In this document: positions 19,453-28,663 of the stretch, in pieces | Position numbering within the stretch: position 1 is the first letter of the stretch | How the letters are laid out: each line of letters starts with the position of its first letter | Assembly (NCBI GenBank): GCA_049306095.1 | Contig: JBAQPU010000052.1 | Span: forward strand, 15,360 to 79,359 | Reading direction: 5' to 3' | Source: Cyclobacteriaceae bacterium | GTDB lineage: Bacteria > Bacteroidota > Bacteroidia > Cytophagales > Cyclobacteriaceae | DNA: 64,000 nt | Translations under genes and position numbers: made by a program | Notes under the pieces: generated by a model | Database searches by the model: none | What the model saw: the letters and a program-made list of their open reading frames with translations, nothing else | Told to the model about the DNA's origin: nothing

Positions 19453-20769
19453 TCAGTTTGAAATAACCGCTTTGCGCCCAATGCTGATGTAGGTAAATCC
19501 AAGCTCACTCATCTCATCCAATCCGTATAGATTTCGCCCATCAAAAATAACCTTGCGTTTCATTGCTTTGGCTATTCTTTCAAAATCAGGATTGCGATAC
19601 TCGGGCCATTCTGTAACAATCATTAACGCATCCGCATCCTGAAGGATTTCATATTGGTGTTCACTGTATTGAATTTTATCACCAAAAATTCTTTTCACAT
19701 TCTCCATGGCTTCCGGATCATGCACCTTAACCACAGCACCTTGAGCCAATAATTCCTGAATGTTATACAATGACGGTGCTTCCCGTATGTCATCGGTTTG
19801 GGGTTTAAACGCCAGACCCCACATCGCAATTGTTTTTCCTTTCATTGATCCGTTGAAGTGTTTCTTCATACTTCCGATCAGTTTCGTCTTTTGCACTTCA
19901 TTGACATCCATAACCGACTTTAAAATTTTAAAGTCATAATTGGAGTCTTTTGAAGATTTGGCAAGCGCTTGCACATCTTTAGGAAAACAACTTCCTCCAT
20001 AGCCTATTCCGGCAAAAAGAAAACGTTTCCCGATTCGACTATCCGTACCAATACCCTTGCGCACCAGGTCAACATCGGCACCCAGACTTTCACAAAGGTT
20101 TGCTACTTCATTCATGAAGGTGATTTTGGTGGCTAAAAAAGCATTTGCCGCATATTTGGTAAGTTCAGAGGAGCGTTCATCCATAAAAATTATGGGGTTC
20201 CCCTGCCGTGTGAAGGGGGCATACAGGTTCTCCATGAGTTTCGTTGCCCTGGCAGATTTGGTTCCAACAACTACTCTTTCGGGTTTCATAAAATCTTCCA
20301 CTGCTAATCCTTCTCTCAAAAATTCGGGATTGGAAACCACATCAAATTCGACAGTCGCTTTTTTTGCAACCCGTTCTCTTACCAATTCTGCTGTTCCAAC
20401 CGGCACAGTGCTTTTATTGACGATTACCGTATAGTCTTTGAGAAGGGGGCCGATCTGCTCGGCAACGCCTAAAACATATTGAAGATCAGCAGAACCGTCC
20501 TCCCCAGGAGGGGTTGGTAAAGCAAGCATAATAATTTTTGCATCCTTAATGCCTGTAGCCAAATCCGTGGTGAAGAAAAGGCGCTCCTGGTGAACATTCT
20601 TTTCAAACATAGGCTCAAGACCATGTTCAAAAATGGTTACTCTTCCTGATCGGAGAGTGGCCACTTTCTTTTCGTCAATGTCAACACACGTTACCGTATT
20701 GCCCGTTTCAGCAAAACAAGTTCCTGTTACAAGACCAACATACCCGGTTCCAATCACAGCTATTTTCAT
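19453..20769 (-). CDS. ugd: UDP-glucose 6-dehydrogenase
   Basis: 438 aa with 'IGTGYVG' and the catalytic-Cys motif 'GGSCFPKD'. Confidence 0.9.
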   Translation of the reverse strand: MKIAVIGTGYVGLVTGTCFAETGNTVTCVDIDEKKVATLRSGRVTIFEHGLEPMFEKNVHQERLFFTTDLATGIKDAKIIMLALPTPPGEDGSADLQYVLGVAEQIGPLLKDYTVIVNKSTVPVGTAELVRERVAKKATVEFDVVSNPEFLREGLAVEDFMKPERVVVGTKSARATKLMENLYAPFTRQGNPIIFMDERSSELTKYAANAFLATKITFMNEVANLCESLGADVDLVRKGIGTDSRIGKRFLFAGIGYGGSCFPKDVQALAKSSKDSNYDFKILKSVMDVNEVQKTKLIGSMKKHFNGSMKGKTIAMWGLAFKPQTDDIREAPSLYNIQELLAQGAVVKVHDPEAMENVKRIFGDKIQYSEHQYEILQDADALMIVTEWPEYRNPDFERIAKAMKRKVIFDGRNLYGLDEMSELGFTYISIGRKAVISN

Positions 20770-20789
20770 AGTAGAATTTAAAAAGTCGC

Positions 20790-20797
20790 CAAAAATA
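20790..20797 (-). promoter_or_regulatory. Candidate -7 promoter box (TATTTTTG) for ugd-rfbB-rfbA
   Basis: The minus strand matches TAnnTTTG, 20 nt upstream of ATG 20769. Confidence 0.4.
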
Positions 20798-20917
20798 AAT
20801 CCTTTTTAGGAGAACCGATAAGGTCGCCAAAAGGAGGCGTATTTTAAACAAACTAACATTCGTTCGTATTATGAAAATTTGACTAACTTCGTGCCCCTTA
20901 AACAAATAAGACACTAT

Positions 20918-22087
20918 ATGGAGGTTATGGAAGAAAGATTGACCGGAGTAAACTTTGAAGAGAGCGAGAATCAGAAAATGATTGCTCAGATGATCCGCGA
21001 TTTTGGAGACAAAGAAATCAAACCAAAAATGATGGATTGGGACGAATCGCAGGAATTCCCCATTGATGTCTTCAAAAAAATGGGAAAACTGGGCATCATG
21101 GGAGTTTTGGTGCCGGAGGAGTACGGAGGTGCAGGATTTGGATACCTCGAATACGTAACAGCCATTGCTGAGCTTTCAAAGATTGACGGATCAATCGGTC
21201 TTTCGATGGCAGCCCATAATTCGCTTTGCACGGGGCATATCCTCCAGCATGCGAATGAAGAGCAAAAAAGAAAATATCTTCCTAAGCTTGCTACGGCCGA
21301 TTGGATTGGTGCCTGGGGATTAACAGAACCCAACACAGGATCGGATGCAGGAAACATGCGCACGGTGGCTGTTAAAGACGGAGACTATTATGTTATTAAT
21401 GGAGCTAAAAATTTCATTACTCATGCTAAGTCTGGGAATGTGGCCGTGGTCATTGTTCGCACCGGTGAAGTGGGCGACTCGCACGGCATGACTGCCTTTA
21501 TCATTGAAAAAGGAACCCCTGGTTTCACTTCAGGCAAAAAGGAAAACAAACTTGGCATGCGGGCTTCCGAAACGGCCGAGTTGGTTTTTAACGATTGCCG
21601 CATTCATCAATCGCAAATGATTGGAAAAGAAGGTGAAGGATTTATTCAGGCCATGAAAGTGTTGGATGGCGGAAGAATTTCAATTGCTTCGTTGAGCTTG
21701 GGTATTGCCCAGGGGGCTTTTGAAGCCGCTTTAAAATACTCACACGAACGCCACCAGTTTAACCAACCCATTTCAAAATTCCAGGGAATTGCCTTTAAGC
21801 TTGCCGATATGGCTACCAAAATTGAAGCGGCCAAGCTGCTTACATACCGAGCAGCGGATTTGAAAAATAAAGGTATAAACGTAAATAAGGAATCTGCCAT
21901 GGCGAAGTTCTATGCCTCTGAAGTTGCCGTAGAGGTGGCTAACGAAAGTGTTCAGATTTTTGGAGGGTATGGCTATACAAAGGATTTTCCGGCTGAAAAG
22001 TATTATCGGGATGCCAAACTCTGCACCATTGGCGAAGGAACGTCTGAAATCCAGAAACTGGTTATTTCCCGTAGTATTTTGAAATAG
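20918..22087 (+). CDS. Acyl-CoA dehydrogenase
   Basis: I trimmed the ORF to the first ATG (20918). It shows typical ACAD regions: 'WGLTEPNTGSDA', 'GGYGYTKDFPAEKYYRDAKLCTIGEGTSEIQ'. Confidence 0.9.
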   Translation: MEVMEERLTGVNFEESENQKMIAQMIRDFGDKEIKPKMMDWDESQEFPIDVFKKMGKLGIMGVLVPEEYGGAGFGYLEYVTAIAELSKIDGSIGLSMAAHNSLCTGHILQHANEEQKRKYLPKLATADWIGAWGLTEPNTGSDAGNMRTVAVKDGDYYVINGAKNFITHAKSGNVAVVIVRTGEVGDSHGMTAFIIEKGTPGFTSGKKENKLGMRASETAELVFNDCRIHQSQMIGKEGEGFIQAMKVLDGGRISIASLSLGIAQGAFEAALKYSHERHQFNQPISKFQGIAFKLADMATKIEAAKLLTYRAADLKNKGINVNKESAMAKFYASEVAVEVANESVQIFGGYGYTKDFPAEKYYRDAKLCTIGEGTSEIQKLVISRSILK

Positions 22088-22118
22088 TTGTGCAATTTGA
22101 ACGGGTTTTCTATATTTG
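22088..22118 (+). promoter_or_regulatory. Candidate promoter of rpsU (TTG-N20-TATATTTG)
   Basis: A -33 TTG at 22088-22090 and a -7 box at 22111-22118, 21 nt upstream of the ATG. Confidence 0.55.
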
Positions 22119-22139
22119 CAGCCCTAATTATCAGAAAAC

Positions 22140-22334
22140 ATGATTGTTATCAACATTAAAGAAAACGAGTCTATTGATAAGGCCCTGAAGCGTTTCAAGA
22201 AGAAATTTGAAAAAACAGGTGTTTTAAAGGAATTACGCGCCCGTACTTCTTTCGAAAAGCCTTCTGTAAAGCGCAGAACCGAGATTAAAAAGGCTGCCTA
22301 CATCGAAAACTTGAGAAGAACAGAAAACGCTTAA
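22140..22334 (+). CDS. rpsU: 30S ribosomal protein S21
   Basis: 64 aa and basic; 'ESIDKALKRFKKKFEKTGVLKELR' is typical of S21. Confidence 0.95.
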   Translation: MIVINIKENESIDKALKRFKKKFEKTGVLKELRARTSFEKPSVKRRTEIKKAAYIENLRRTENA

Positions 22335-22362
22335 TCGCGCTATTTATAAACAATTTTTGCTG

Positions 22363-22401
22363 ATCCCCTTCAGGAACTTTCCTGAAGGGGATTATTTTTT
22401 T
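22363..22401 (+). terminator. Intrinsic terminator of rpsU
   Basis: Perfect 12-bp stem ATCCCCTTCAGG-aacttt-CCTGAAGGGGAT followed by TATTTTTTT. Confidence 0.85.
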
Positions 22402-22413
22402 ACATTGGGTAAT

Positions 22414-22449
22414 CCCGATGGTTCTGCCAACCTGCAGGCAGGTATCGGG
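22414..22449 (+). other. Imperfect hairpin / inverted repeat immediately upstream of the recombinase gene
   Basis: CCCGAT-ggtt-CTGCC-aacctgca-GGCAG-gt-ATCGGG. It contains ACCTGC-ag-GCAGGT and shares the 9-mer CCAACCTGC with the element at 23421-23446. Confidence 0.5.
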
Positions 22450-22469
22450 AAGGGTTTGTGCAGTAACGA

Positions 22470-23348
22470 ATGATTGATTCCTTCCTGAAATATCTCCAAT
22501 ACGAAAAAAGGGTAAGTTCCCATACCTCTTTAGCGTATAAAGGCGACCTCGACCAGTTTTCAGAATTTCTTCAGCAAACATATGGTGATTCAACCCTTGA
22601 GTCAGCGAATTATGGCATGATCCGCTCCTGGATTATTCAACTCACCGACACCGACCTAAACACAACTTCGGTTAATCGAAAAATTGCAAGCCTAAAGGCC
22701 TATTATAAATTTCTGATGCGGCAGGAAACGATCGCCAAAAATCCCATGCAAAAAATAAGAGTGCTTAAAACCAAAAAGCGACTTCCGTCTTTTGCTAATG
22801 AAGGAGACATGGTAAAGGTGTTGGATCACACCCTGTTTGACGATTCCCTGGAAGGCTGGAGAAACAAATTGATTCTGGAATTATTATATGCCACCGGCAT
22901 TCGTTTGTCTGAACTTATTCAGTTAAAAGAAAACAAGATCAATTTTCATGATCGAACCATTAAGGTGTTGGGAAAAAGAAACAAGGAAAGAATCATCCCT
23001 TTTCCTGCCGGGATCGTTCCAATACTAGAGCGGTACAAACACGTGCGCAACCGCGAAGTGGAAATGAAAAATCACGGACTGTTGTTAGTAACGGACGAAG
23101 GCAAACCATGTTATCCCATGATGGTATACAGGGTAGTGAAAAAATATTTAGCCGAAACCAATACTGAAAAGAGAAGTCCGCATGTGTTGCGCCACACGTA
23201 CGCCACACATTTACTCAACAAAGGAGCAGAAATTAATGCCGTGAAAGATTTACTGGGTCACAGCAGTTTGGCGGCCACACAGGTGTACACGCACAACTCA
23301 ATGGAAAAAATTAAAAAGGCCTTTGACCAGGCTCACCCAAAAGCTTAA
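22470..23348 (+). CDS. Tyrosine site-specific recombinase, XerC/XerD family
   Basis: 292 aa with the catalytic signature 'ATGIRLSEL' (Arg), 'HVLRHTYATHLL' (HxxR) and 'LGHSSLAATQVYTH' (His...Tyr). It sits between rpsU and hpf. Confidence 0.9.
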   Translation: MIDSFLKYLQYEKRVSSHTSLAYKGDLDQFSEFLQQTYGDSTLESANYGMIRSWIIQLTDTDLNTTSVNRKIASLKAYYKFLMRQETIAKNPMQKIRVLKTKKRLPSFANEGDMVKVLDHTLFDDSLEGWRNKLILELLYATGIRLSELIQLKENKINFHDRTIKVLGKRNKERIIPFPAGIVPILERYKHVRNREVEMKNHGLLLVTDEGKPCYPMMVYRVVKKYLAETNTEKRSPHVLRHTYATHLLNKGAEINAVKDLLGHSSLAATQVYTHNSMEKIKKAFDQAHPKA

Positions 23349-23422
23349 CATGAATGGTGGGAGATAAATGACTTCACAAAAAACCAAAAATGAACTGTAT
23401 GAAATAAACTCTACCAAAGACC

Positions 23423-23446
23423 AACCTGCCGAACCGGCAGCAGGTT
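23423..23446 (+). other. Inverted repeat / hairpin downstream of the recombinase gene
   Basis: AACCTGC-(10 nt)-GCAGGTT, or alternatively CTGCCG-aac-CGGCAG. No U-run follows, so it is at best a weak terminator. Confidence 0.45.
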
Positions 23447-23498
23447 AAATGTCTTGAGGGCCGGAAAATTAATGTTTAACGTTTAAATTTTTTCAGTT

Positions 23499-23801
23499 AT
23501 GAAGCTAGAATTTCAATCCATCCACTTTAATGCAGACCAGAAGCTGATTGATTTCATTCAAAAGAGAGTGGACAAACTCGAAACGTATTACGACCGATTG
23601 GTAGACGGTGAAGTCTTTTTAAGGTTAAACAATGAAGGAATTGACAACAAAACAGTTGAAATAAAATTGAATGTGCCAGGCACGCAACTTTTTGCAACAG
23701 AAAAGGCCCGTTCATTTGAAGCCGCTACCGATCAAGCCACAGAGGCACTTAAAAATCAATTGAAAAAATTTAAAACAAAAGTAAAACAGGGACGGGCATA
23801 A
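23499..23801 (+). CDS. hpf: Ribosome hibernation promoting factor (short HPF/RaiA)
   Basis: 100 aa in the S30EA/sigma-54-modulation family pattern ('IDFIQKRVDKLETYYDRLVDGEVFL'). Confidence 0.85.
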   Translation: MKLEFQSIHFNADQKLIDFIQKRVDKLETYYDRLVDGEVFLRLNNEGIDNKTVEIKLNVPGTQLFATEKARSFEAATDQATEALKNQLKKFKTKVKQGRA

Positions 23802-23821
23802 GGGCTTATCTATATAAAGCA

Positions 23822-23856
23822 AAAGCTCCCCGGATAACCGGAGAGCTTTTCTATTT
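23822..23856. terminator. Bidirectional intrinsic terminator between hpf and metK
   Basis: AAAGCTCCCCGG-ataa-CCGGAGAGCTTT with one mismatch. T-runs follow on both strands: TTTTCTATTTT on plus and TTTTGCTTTAT on minus. Confidence 0.75.
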
Positions 23857-23872
23857 TATGCCTACCTTGGAA

Positions 23873-25126
23873 TTAAATCTTAAACGCCTTCTTCACCAGG
23901 CCAACGTAATCCAACTTTTCCCACGGGAATAATTCCACTTTTACTTTCTTTTCGTTGCGTCTTCCCTTGTTAAACGTTTTCTCAACAATTTTTGGTTCAC
24001 GACCCATGTGTCCGTATGCTGCAGTCTCTGAATAGATGGGTGTTCTTAAATTAAAACGCTGCTCAATAAAATAGGGGCGCATGTCGAAGATCTTTTCAAC
24101 CTTTTTCGCTATTTCCCCATCATTCAATTTCACTTTTGCTGTTCCGTAAGTATTCACGTAAAGTCCTACGGGCCTTGCAACTCCAATCGCGTAAGCAACC
24201 TGCACCAATACTTCATCGCACACTCCGGCAGCCACCAGGTTTTTTGCCACGTGACGCGTGGCGTAGGCTGCAGAACGATCAACTTTGGATGGATCTTTAC
24301 CTGAAAAAGCTCCTCCTCCATGTGCTCCTTTTCCACCATAGGTATCAACAATAATCTTTCGGCCTGTTAAACCGGTATCGCCATGCGGGCCACCAATTAC
24401 AAATTTTCCGGTAGGATTAACGTGGTATTGAATATCGCTTCCAAAAAGTTTTTGAACACGCTTGGGAAGTTTTTTCATGACGCGAGGCACCAGGATATTA
24501 ATCACATCCTCCTTGATCTTCTTCAGCATCGGTGCATCCTTATCGAAATCATCGTGCTGCGTAGAAACCACGATGGCATCTATGCGCTGTGGTTTATTGT
24601 CATCGCTGTATTCAATGGTCACTTGCGATTTTGAATCAGGACGCAGGTAAGTCATTACTTTGCCTTCTCTGCGAATGGCGGCCAGTTCGCGCAACAATGA
24701 ATGCGCGATTTCCAACGGAAGCGGCATGTAATTATCCGTTTCATTGGTCGCATAACCAAACATCATTCCCTGATCGCCCGCTCCCTGATCTTCTTTTTTC
24801 TTTCGCTCAACCCCCTGGTTGATGTCGGGAGATTGCTCATGAATAGCCGAAAGAATTCCGCATGAGTTTGCTTCGAACATGTACTCACTTTTGGTATAGC
24901 CTATTTTGCGAATGACTTCACGGGCAATATCCTGAACATCTAGATACGCTTCAGATTTTACTTCGCCCGCCAGCACCACCTGGCCGGTGGTTACCAGTGT
25001 TTCGCAGGCCACTTTTGACTCGGGATCATACGCAAGAAAATAATCGATAAGGGCATCGGATACCTGGTCAGCCACTTTGTCGGGATGTCCTTCTGAAACC
25101 GATTCAGATGTGAATAAATAGGGCAT
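23873..25126 (-). CDS. metK: S-adenosylmethionine synthetase
   Basis: 417 aa with '[12 protein letters not shown]' and '[19 protein letters not shown]'. Confidence 0.97.
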   Translation of the reverse strand: MPYLFTSESVSEGHPDKVADQVSDALIDYFLAYDPESKVACETLVTTGQVVLAGEVKSEAYLDVQDIAREVIRKIGYTKSEYMFEANSCGILSAIHEQSPDINQGVERKKKEDQGAGDQGMMFGYATNETDNYMPLPLEIAHSLLRELAAIRREGKVMTYLRPDSKSQVTIEYSDDNKPQRIDAIVVSTQHDDFDKDAPMLKKIKEDVINILVPRVMKKLPKRVQKLFGSDIQYHVNPTGKFVIGGPHGDTGLTGRKIIVDTYGGKGAHGGGAFSGKDPSKVDRSAAYATRHVAKNLVAAGVCDEVLVQVAYAIGVARPVGLYVNTYGTAKVKLNDGEIAKKVEKIFDMRPYFIEQRFNLRTPIYSETAAYGHMGREPKIVEKTFNKGRRNEKKVKVELFPWEKLDYVGLVKKAFKI

Positions 25127-25169
25127 TTTATTTTAGATTTTAATTGGGTGGAATTTCGATTTAAGGCGG

Positions 25170-25177
25170 CAAAGTTA
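25170..25177 (-). promoter_or_regulatory. Candidate -7 promoter box (TAACTTTG) for metK
   Basis: The minus strand matches TAnnTTTG, 43 nt upstream of ATG 25126. Confidence 0.4.
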
Positions 25178-25204
25178 GGGGATTGAATCTAATTCAGAAA
25201 TCCC

Positions 25205-25909
25205 TCATGCCAGGAAAAGAAAAACAGCAGGGAGCTTAGGAAATTCAGGTTTTTGATCCTTCCAAAATTTAACCTGTTTGGATACGATTGATTCACCTGC
25301 ACCGGTAATATCCACCGCAATACAAAGCTGGGTTTCTGGGTTCAACGTTTTCAGTAGATGATTCATCATCTGATTATTGCGGTATGGTGTTTCAATGAAG
25401 ATTTGGGTTTGGTTCTTTGACCTGGACTCTTTCTCCAACGTTTTAATGGCCTGGATCACCTCTGCCCCATCGATGGGCAGGTAGCCGTGAAAAGCAAAAT
25501 GCTGACCGTTTAAACCGGACGCCATCAACGCAAGCAAAATTGACGATGGCCCTACCAACGGAATTACTTTTATTCCATTTTGGTGGGCGTACCGGACCGC
25601 CAATGATCCTGGATCGGCCACCCCGGGACACCCTGCTTCGGAAAGGATGCCCAGATTTTTTCCTCTCATCAGCGGAGAAAACAACTCGTTCAAATCTTTT
25701 TCAGAAGTATCTTTATTCAGCACTTTAAAATCAAGAGCTTCGATTGACTCATAAAATTTCAAACTACTCAAGAATCTTCTTGCCGTACGGATATCTTCAG
25801 CCAAAAAAAATTGAATCGTTTTAAGCGCAGCTCTCACGCCCGGGGTAACAGAATTTTCAAGCGAACTTTCGGCTATTGGTGTTGGGATCAGATAAAGATT
25901 TCCAGCCAT
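25205..25909 (-). CDS. SAM-dependent methyltransferase, tetrapyrrole-methylase fold (RsmI-like)
   Basis: 234 aa. The N-terminus 'GNLYLIPTPI' and 'FLAEDIRTARRFL' resemble the RsmI pattern 'LYxVxTPIGN...AEDTR'. Confidence 0.7.
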   Translation of the reverse strand: MAGNLYLIPTPIAESSLENSVTPGVRAALKTIQFFLAEDIRTARRFLSSLKFYESIEALDFKVLNKDTSEKDLNELFSPLMRGKNLGILSEAGCPGVADPGSLAVRYAHQNGIKVIPLVGPSSILLALMASGLNGQHFAFHGYLPIDGAEVIQAIKTLEKESRSKNQTQIFIETPYRNNQMMNHLLKTLNPETQLCIAVDITGAGESIVSKQVKFWKDQKPEFPKLPAVFLFLA

Positions 25910-25910
25910 A

Positions 25911-26609
25911 TTAGTTGGTTAACGCTGCACGTTCAGGAAACGTAACATGAATACGCAGACGGATAACATTTACGGTTTCAAAATCAACTTCCTGGTCCGG
26001 TCTTGACTCATTAGCAATATAAAATAATTCTGCCCGGGTTTGGGAATTGATGGCATAGCCTACGCCTGAGTAAAATCTGCGCCTATTAAAAAACATCTTT
26101 TGATGATCATTAATATCTTCAAATATTTCGAATGCCAATGGAATATACCAGGTTCCTTCCTGAAGAGTTGACTGATTGATCAGCACGGAGGCACCAAACA
26201 ATGTGCGAAAACGAAGCAAAAATTCAGTCGCTCCTTCTTTAAAAAAATTCCGCTCCTCCAAGCGTGTAAAGTTATTGAGCATAACACGATTTAATACGCG
26301 CTGCTCAACCCTGATCCCCTGCCATCCGCGTGCTTCATTTGCAGAGCCTTCTTCTTTGGGGTGTGCATAAAACCAGGCGGCACCGCCACTTATCATAATG
26401 TTTTTTGATAACTGGTAGGACGCGGATGGCCTGATATAAAATGAAGCGGCAGCTTGGCCATCTACTTTCGCACGGGAGCCTGCATCACCAAAGACAGTAA
26501 CCTTATCGCTGATGCTCTTGTACACATTCAGGTCGGCCCAAACTTCATTGTTTTGAGCAAAAATGATTTGCGGAAGCAACATCAGGTATATCAGGATTCT
26601 CTCACTCAT
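25911..26609 (-). CDS. DUF2490-like outer-membrane/secreted protein
   Basis: I trimmed the ORF to ATG 26609 (MSERILIYLMLLPQIIFAQ signal peptide). It has alternating beta-strand-like segments and an 'RLEERNF' motif that I recall from DUF2490. The family call is tentative. Confidence 0.5.
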   Translation of the reverse strand: MSERILIYLMLLPQIIFAQNNEVWADLNVYKSISDKVTVFGDAGSRAKVDGQAAASFYIRPSASYQLSKNIMISGGAAWFYAHPKEEGSANEARGWQGIRVEQRVLNRVMLNNFTRLEERNFFKEGATEFLLRFRTLFGASVLINQSTLQEGTWYIPLAFEIFEDINDHQKMFFNRRRFYSGVGYAINSQTRAELFYIANESRPDQEVDFETVNVIRLRIHVTFPERAALTN

Positions 26610-27378
26610 TGCTTCGCGGTGACTCAAGAAAATTAGTAACAACTTCTACAAACTCTTTTGGTTTTTCGGCTTGTACCCAATGGCCCGTATCCATGGTGAT
26701 CAGCGTGGAGTTGGGGAAAAGATTTTTTATTCGCGTTCGGTCCTCATCTTTCACATAACGCGAATGCGCCCCCCGCACAAATAATGTTTGTCCTGAATAC
26801 GTTCCCGGATAGTGAATGTCGGCACTGATTTGCTCCAGGTTGCTGTCAATTACGTTCAGGTTAATTTTCCATGCAAATCCACCTTCGGGTTTACGCGAAA
26901 GGTTCTTCAACAAAAACTGGCGAACATCAGCCTCTGGCACATAGTTCGATAAAATTTCATCCGCCTGATTTCTGGTTTGAAGCGCATCTATCGGAATGGC
27001 CTTCAGCCCCTCCACAATGCTATCGTGATGAACAGGATATGCTTTGGGGGCTATGTCAACCACAATAAGTTTGTCCAACATGGTTGGGTTGGCGATGGCA
27101 AAATTCATCGCTGTTTTGCCTCCCATGGAGTGACCCAGCACAATGGGTTTGTCCAGTTTATGTTCGGTGATAAAGTCTCGTAAATCGATTGCCAATACCT
27201 GATAGTCGAACTCGGGGCTGTGTGGTGATTGCCCATGGTTTCGTTGGTCCACCAGAAACACGTGGTATCGATCGGCCAACAGTTTCGCCTGCGTAAGCCA
27301 GTTATCGGATGAACCCATCAGTCCATGCAGGATAATCATCGGTTGACCATTCCCTAATTCGCGATAGAATAATTTCAT
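26602..27378 (-). CDS. Alpha/beta hydrolase
   Basis: I trimmed the ORF to ATG 27378 (MKLFYRELGNGQPMIILHG). It has the nucleophile elbow 'GHSMGG' and a C-terminal 'DTGHWVQAE' (His). Confidence 0.85.
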   Translation of the reverse strand: MKLFYRELGNGQPMIILHGLMGSSDNWLTQAKLLADRYHVFLVDQRNHGQSPHSPEFDYQVLAIDLRDFITEHKLDKPIVLGHSMGGKTAMNFAIANPTMLDKLIVVDIAPKAYPVHHDSIVEGLKAIPIDALQTRNQADEILSNYVPEADVRQFLLKNLSRKPEGGFAWKINLNVIDSNLEQISADIHYPGTYSGQTLFVRGAHSRYVKDEDRTRIKNLFPNSTLITMDTGHWVQAEKPKEFVEVVTNFLESPRSNE

Positions 27379-27410
27379 AGAGTAAAAATAAGAATTCAAT
27401 GCTGACAAGA

Positions 27411-27418
27411 TATATTTG
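27411..27418 (+). promoter_or_regulatory. Candidate -7 promoter box (TATATTTG) for lysA
   Basis: Matches TAnnTTTG, 18 nt upstream of ATG 27437. The TTG start used by the ORF track lies inside this box, which argues for the ATG. Confidence 0.45.
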
Positions 27419-27436
27419 ATTCTTGATCTCAATAAT

Positions 27437-28663
27437 ATGGAGCTAACGAAAGGTCAATATTTAATACAATCTCTGGCAGTCAACAACATCGTTCAGAATT
27501 GTGGCACTCCCGTGTATGTGTACGATGAGGCTGTAATTGTCAGACAGATTGAATCACTCCGAAAAGGATTTTCCAGCGTTAATCTCCGCATTAAATATGC
27601 TGCGAAGGCGCTCACGAACGTGAGTATTTTACGGCTGATGAAAAAACAGGGCGTAGGTGTTGATGTTGTTTCCATTGAGGAGGCCAGGCTTGCTATTCAT
27701 GCGGGGTACACACCAGAAGAAATTAGTTTTACCCCCAACGGTGTGGTGTTTGATGAAATCATCGAGGCGATAGACCTGGGTGTTGCCATTAACATAGATA
27801 ACCTTCCTACGCTGCAAAAATTTGGCGACCGCTTTGGAAATAAAAAAACCTGCTCTTTAAGAATTAATCCTGGAATCATGGCGGGAGGAAACTACAAGAT
27901 TTCAACCGGTCATGTACAATCGAAGTTTGGTATTTCTATTCAACATCTTCCACAAATTTTAGACTGTGTAAAAAAGCACGATATTCAGGTTAGCGGACTT
28001 CATGTTCACACAGGTTCTGAGATTGGGGACCTGGAGGTATTTTTTAAGGTTGCTGATGTTTTGTTTTCAGCCGCACGAAATTTTCCGTCACTGAAATTTC
28101 TTGATTTTGGCGGAGGATTTAAGGTTGCCTATAAACCGGGCGATTCCGTTACCGATATTGAAGCCCTTGGAGCAAAGCTTGGAAAGGCATTCAATCAATT
28201 TTGCCGGGAATATGGCCAATCGCTTGAGCTTTGGATTGAACCGGGTAAATTTTTAGTGAGTGAAGCCGGAACCCTTTTGGTAAAAACCAACCTGGTGAAG
28301 GAAACTCCTACGCTAACCTTCGTGCACGTTAACAGCGGGCTCAATCATTTACTGCGACCGATGATGTATGACGCCCATCATGAAATCGTCAATGTTTCCA
28401 ACCCGCAAGGATCTCAAAAAAAATACACCGTAGTTGGCTACATCTGCGAGACCGACACCCTGGGTGCTGATCGACTTCTTAACGAAGTTAGAGAAGGAGA
28501 TATTCTGGCCATTAAGAATGCAGGCGCTTATGGGTTTACCATGGCCTCCAATTATAATTCGCGCCTGCGGCCTGCTGAAATATTGGTCACGAATGGCGAG
28601 GCAAAACTCATCCGAAAAAAAGAATCGTTTGACGACTTGTTGAAAAATCAGGTTGACCTTTAA
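27437..28663 (+). CDS. lysA: Diaminopimelate decarboxylase
   Basis: Fold-III PLP decarboxylase pattern: 'KYAAKAL' (Lys), 'HVHTGS', 'DFGGGF', 'EPGKFLV' and 'GYICETDTL'. Confidence 0.9.
   Translation: MELTKGQYLIQSLAVNNIVQNCGTPVYVYDEAVIVRQIESLRKGFSSVNLRIKYAAKALTNVSILRLMKKQGVGVDVVSIEEARLAIHAGYTPEEISFTPNGVVFDEIIEAIDLGVAINIDNLPTLQKFGDRFGNKKTCSLRINPGIMAGGNYKISTGHVQSKFGISIQHLPQILDCVKKHDIQVSGLHVHTGSEIGDLEVFFKVADVLFSAARNFPSLKFLDFGGGFKVAYKPGDSVTDIEALGAKLGKAFNQFCREYGQSLELWIEPGKFLVSEAGTLLVKTNLVKETPTLTFVHVNSGLNHLLRPMMYDAHHEIVNVSNPQGSQKKYTVVGYICETDTLGADRLLNEVREGDILAIKNAGAYGFTMASNYNSRLRPAEILVTNGEAKLIRKKESFDDLLKNQVDL

Noticed and set aside
22470-23348. Tyrosine recombinase as the integrase of a mobile element
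   Set aside because: There is no adjacent tRNA, no direct repeats delimiting an island, and no cargo genes. As far as I recall, the rpsU-recombinase-hpf arrangement is widely conserved in Bacteroidota, so it looks chromosomal and housekeeping.
25127-25204. Possible SAM riboswitch upstream of metK
   Set aside because: The whole intergenic region is only 78 nt. A TAACTTTG promoter box leaves a leader of roughly 40 nt. I could not recognise SAM-I, SAM-II or SAM-V conserved cores. The only hairpin (GGGATT...AATCCC) lies upstream of the promoter box.
27379-27436. Possible lysine riboswitch upstream of lysA
   Set aside because: The divergent intergenic region is 58 nt and the predicted leader about 18 nt. 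That is far too short for an L-box.
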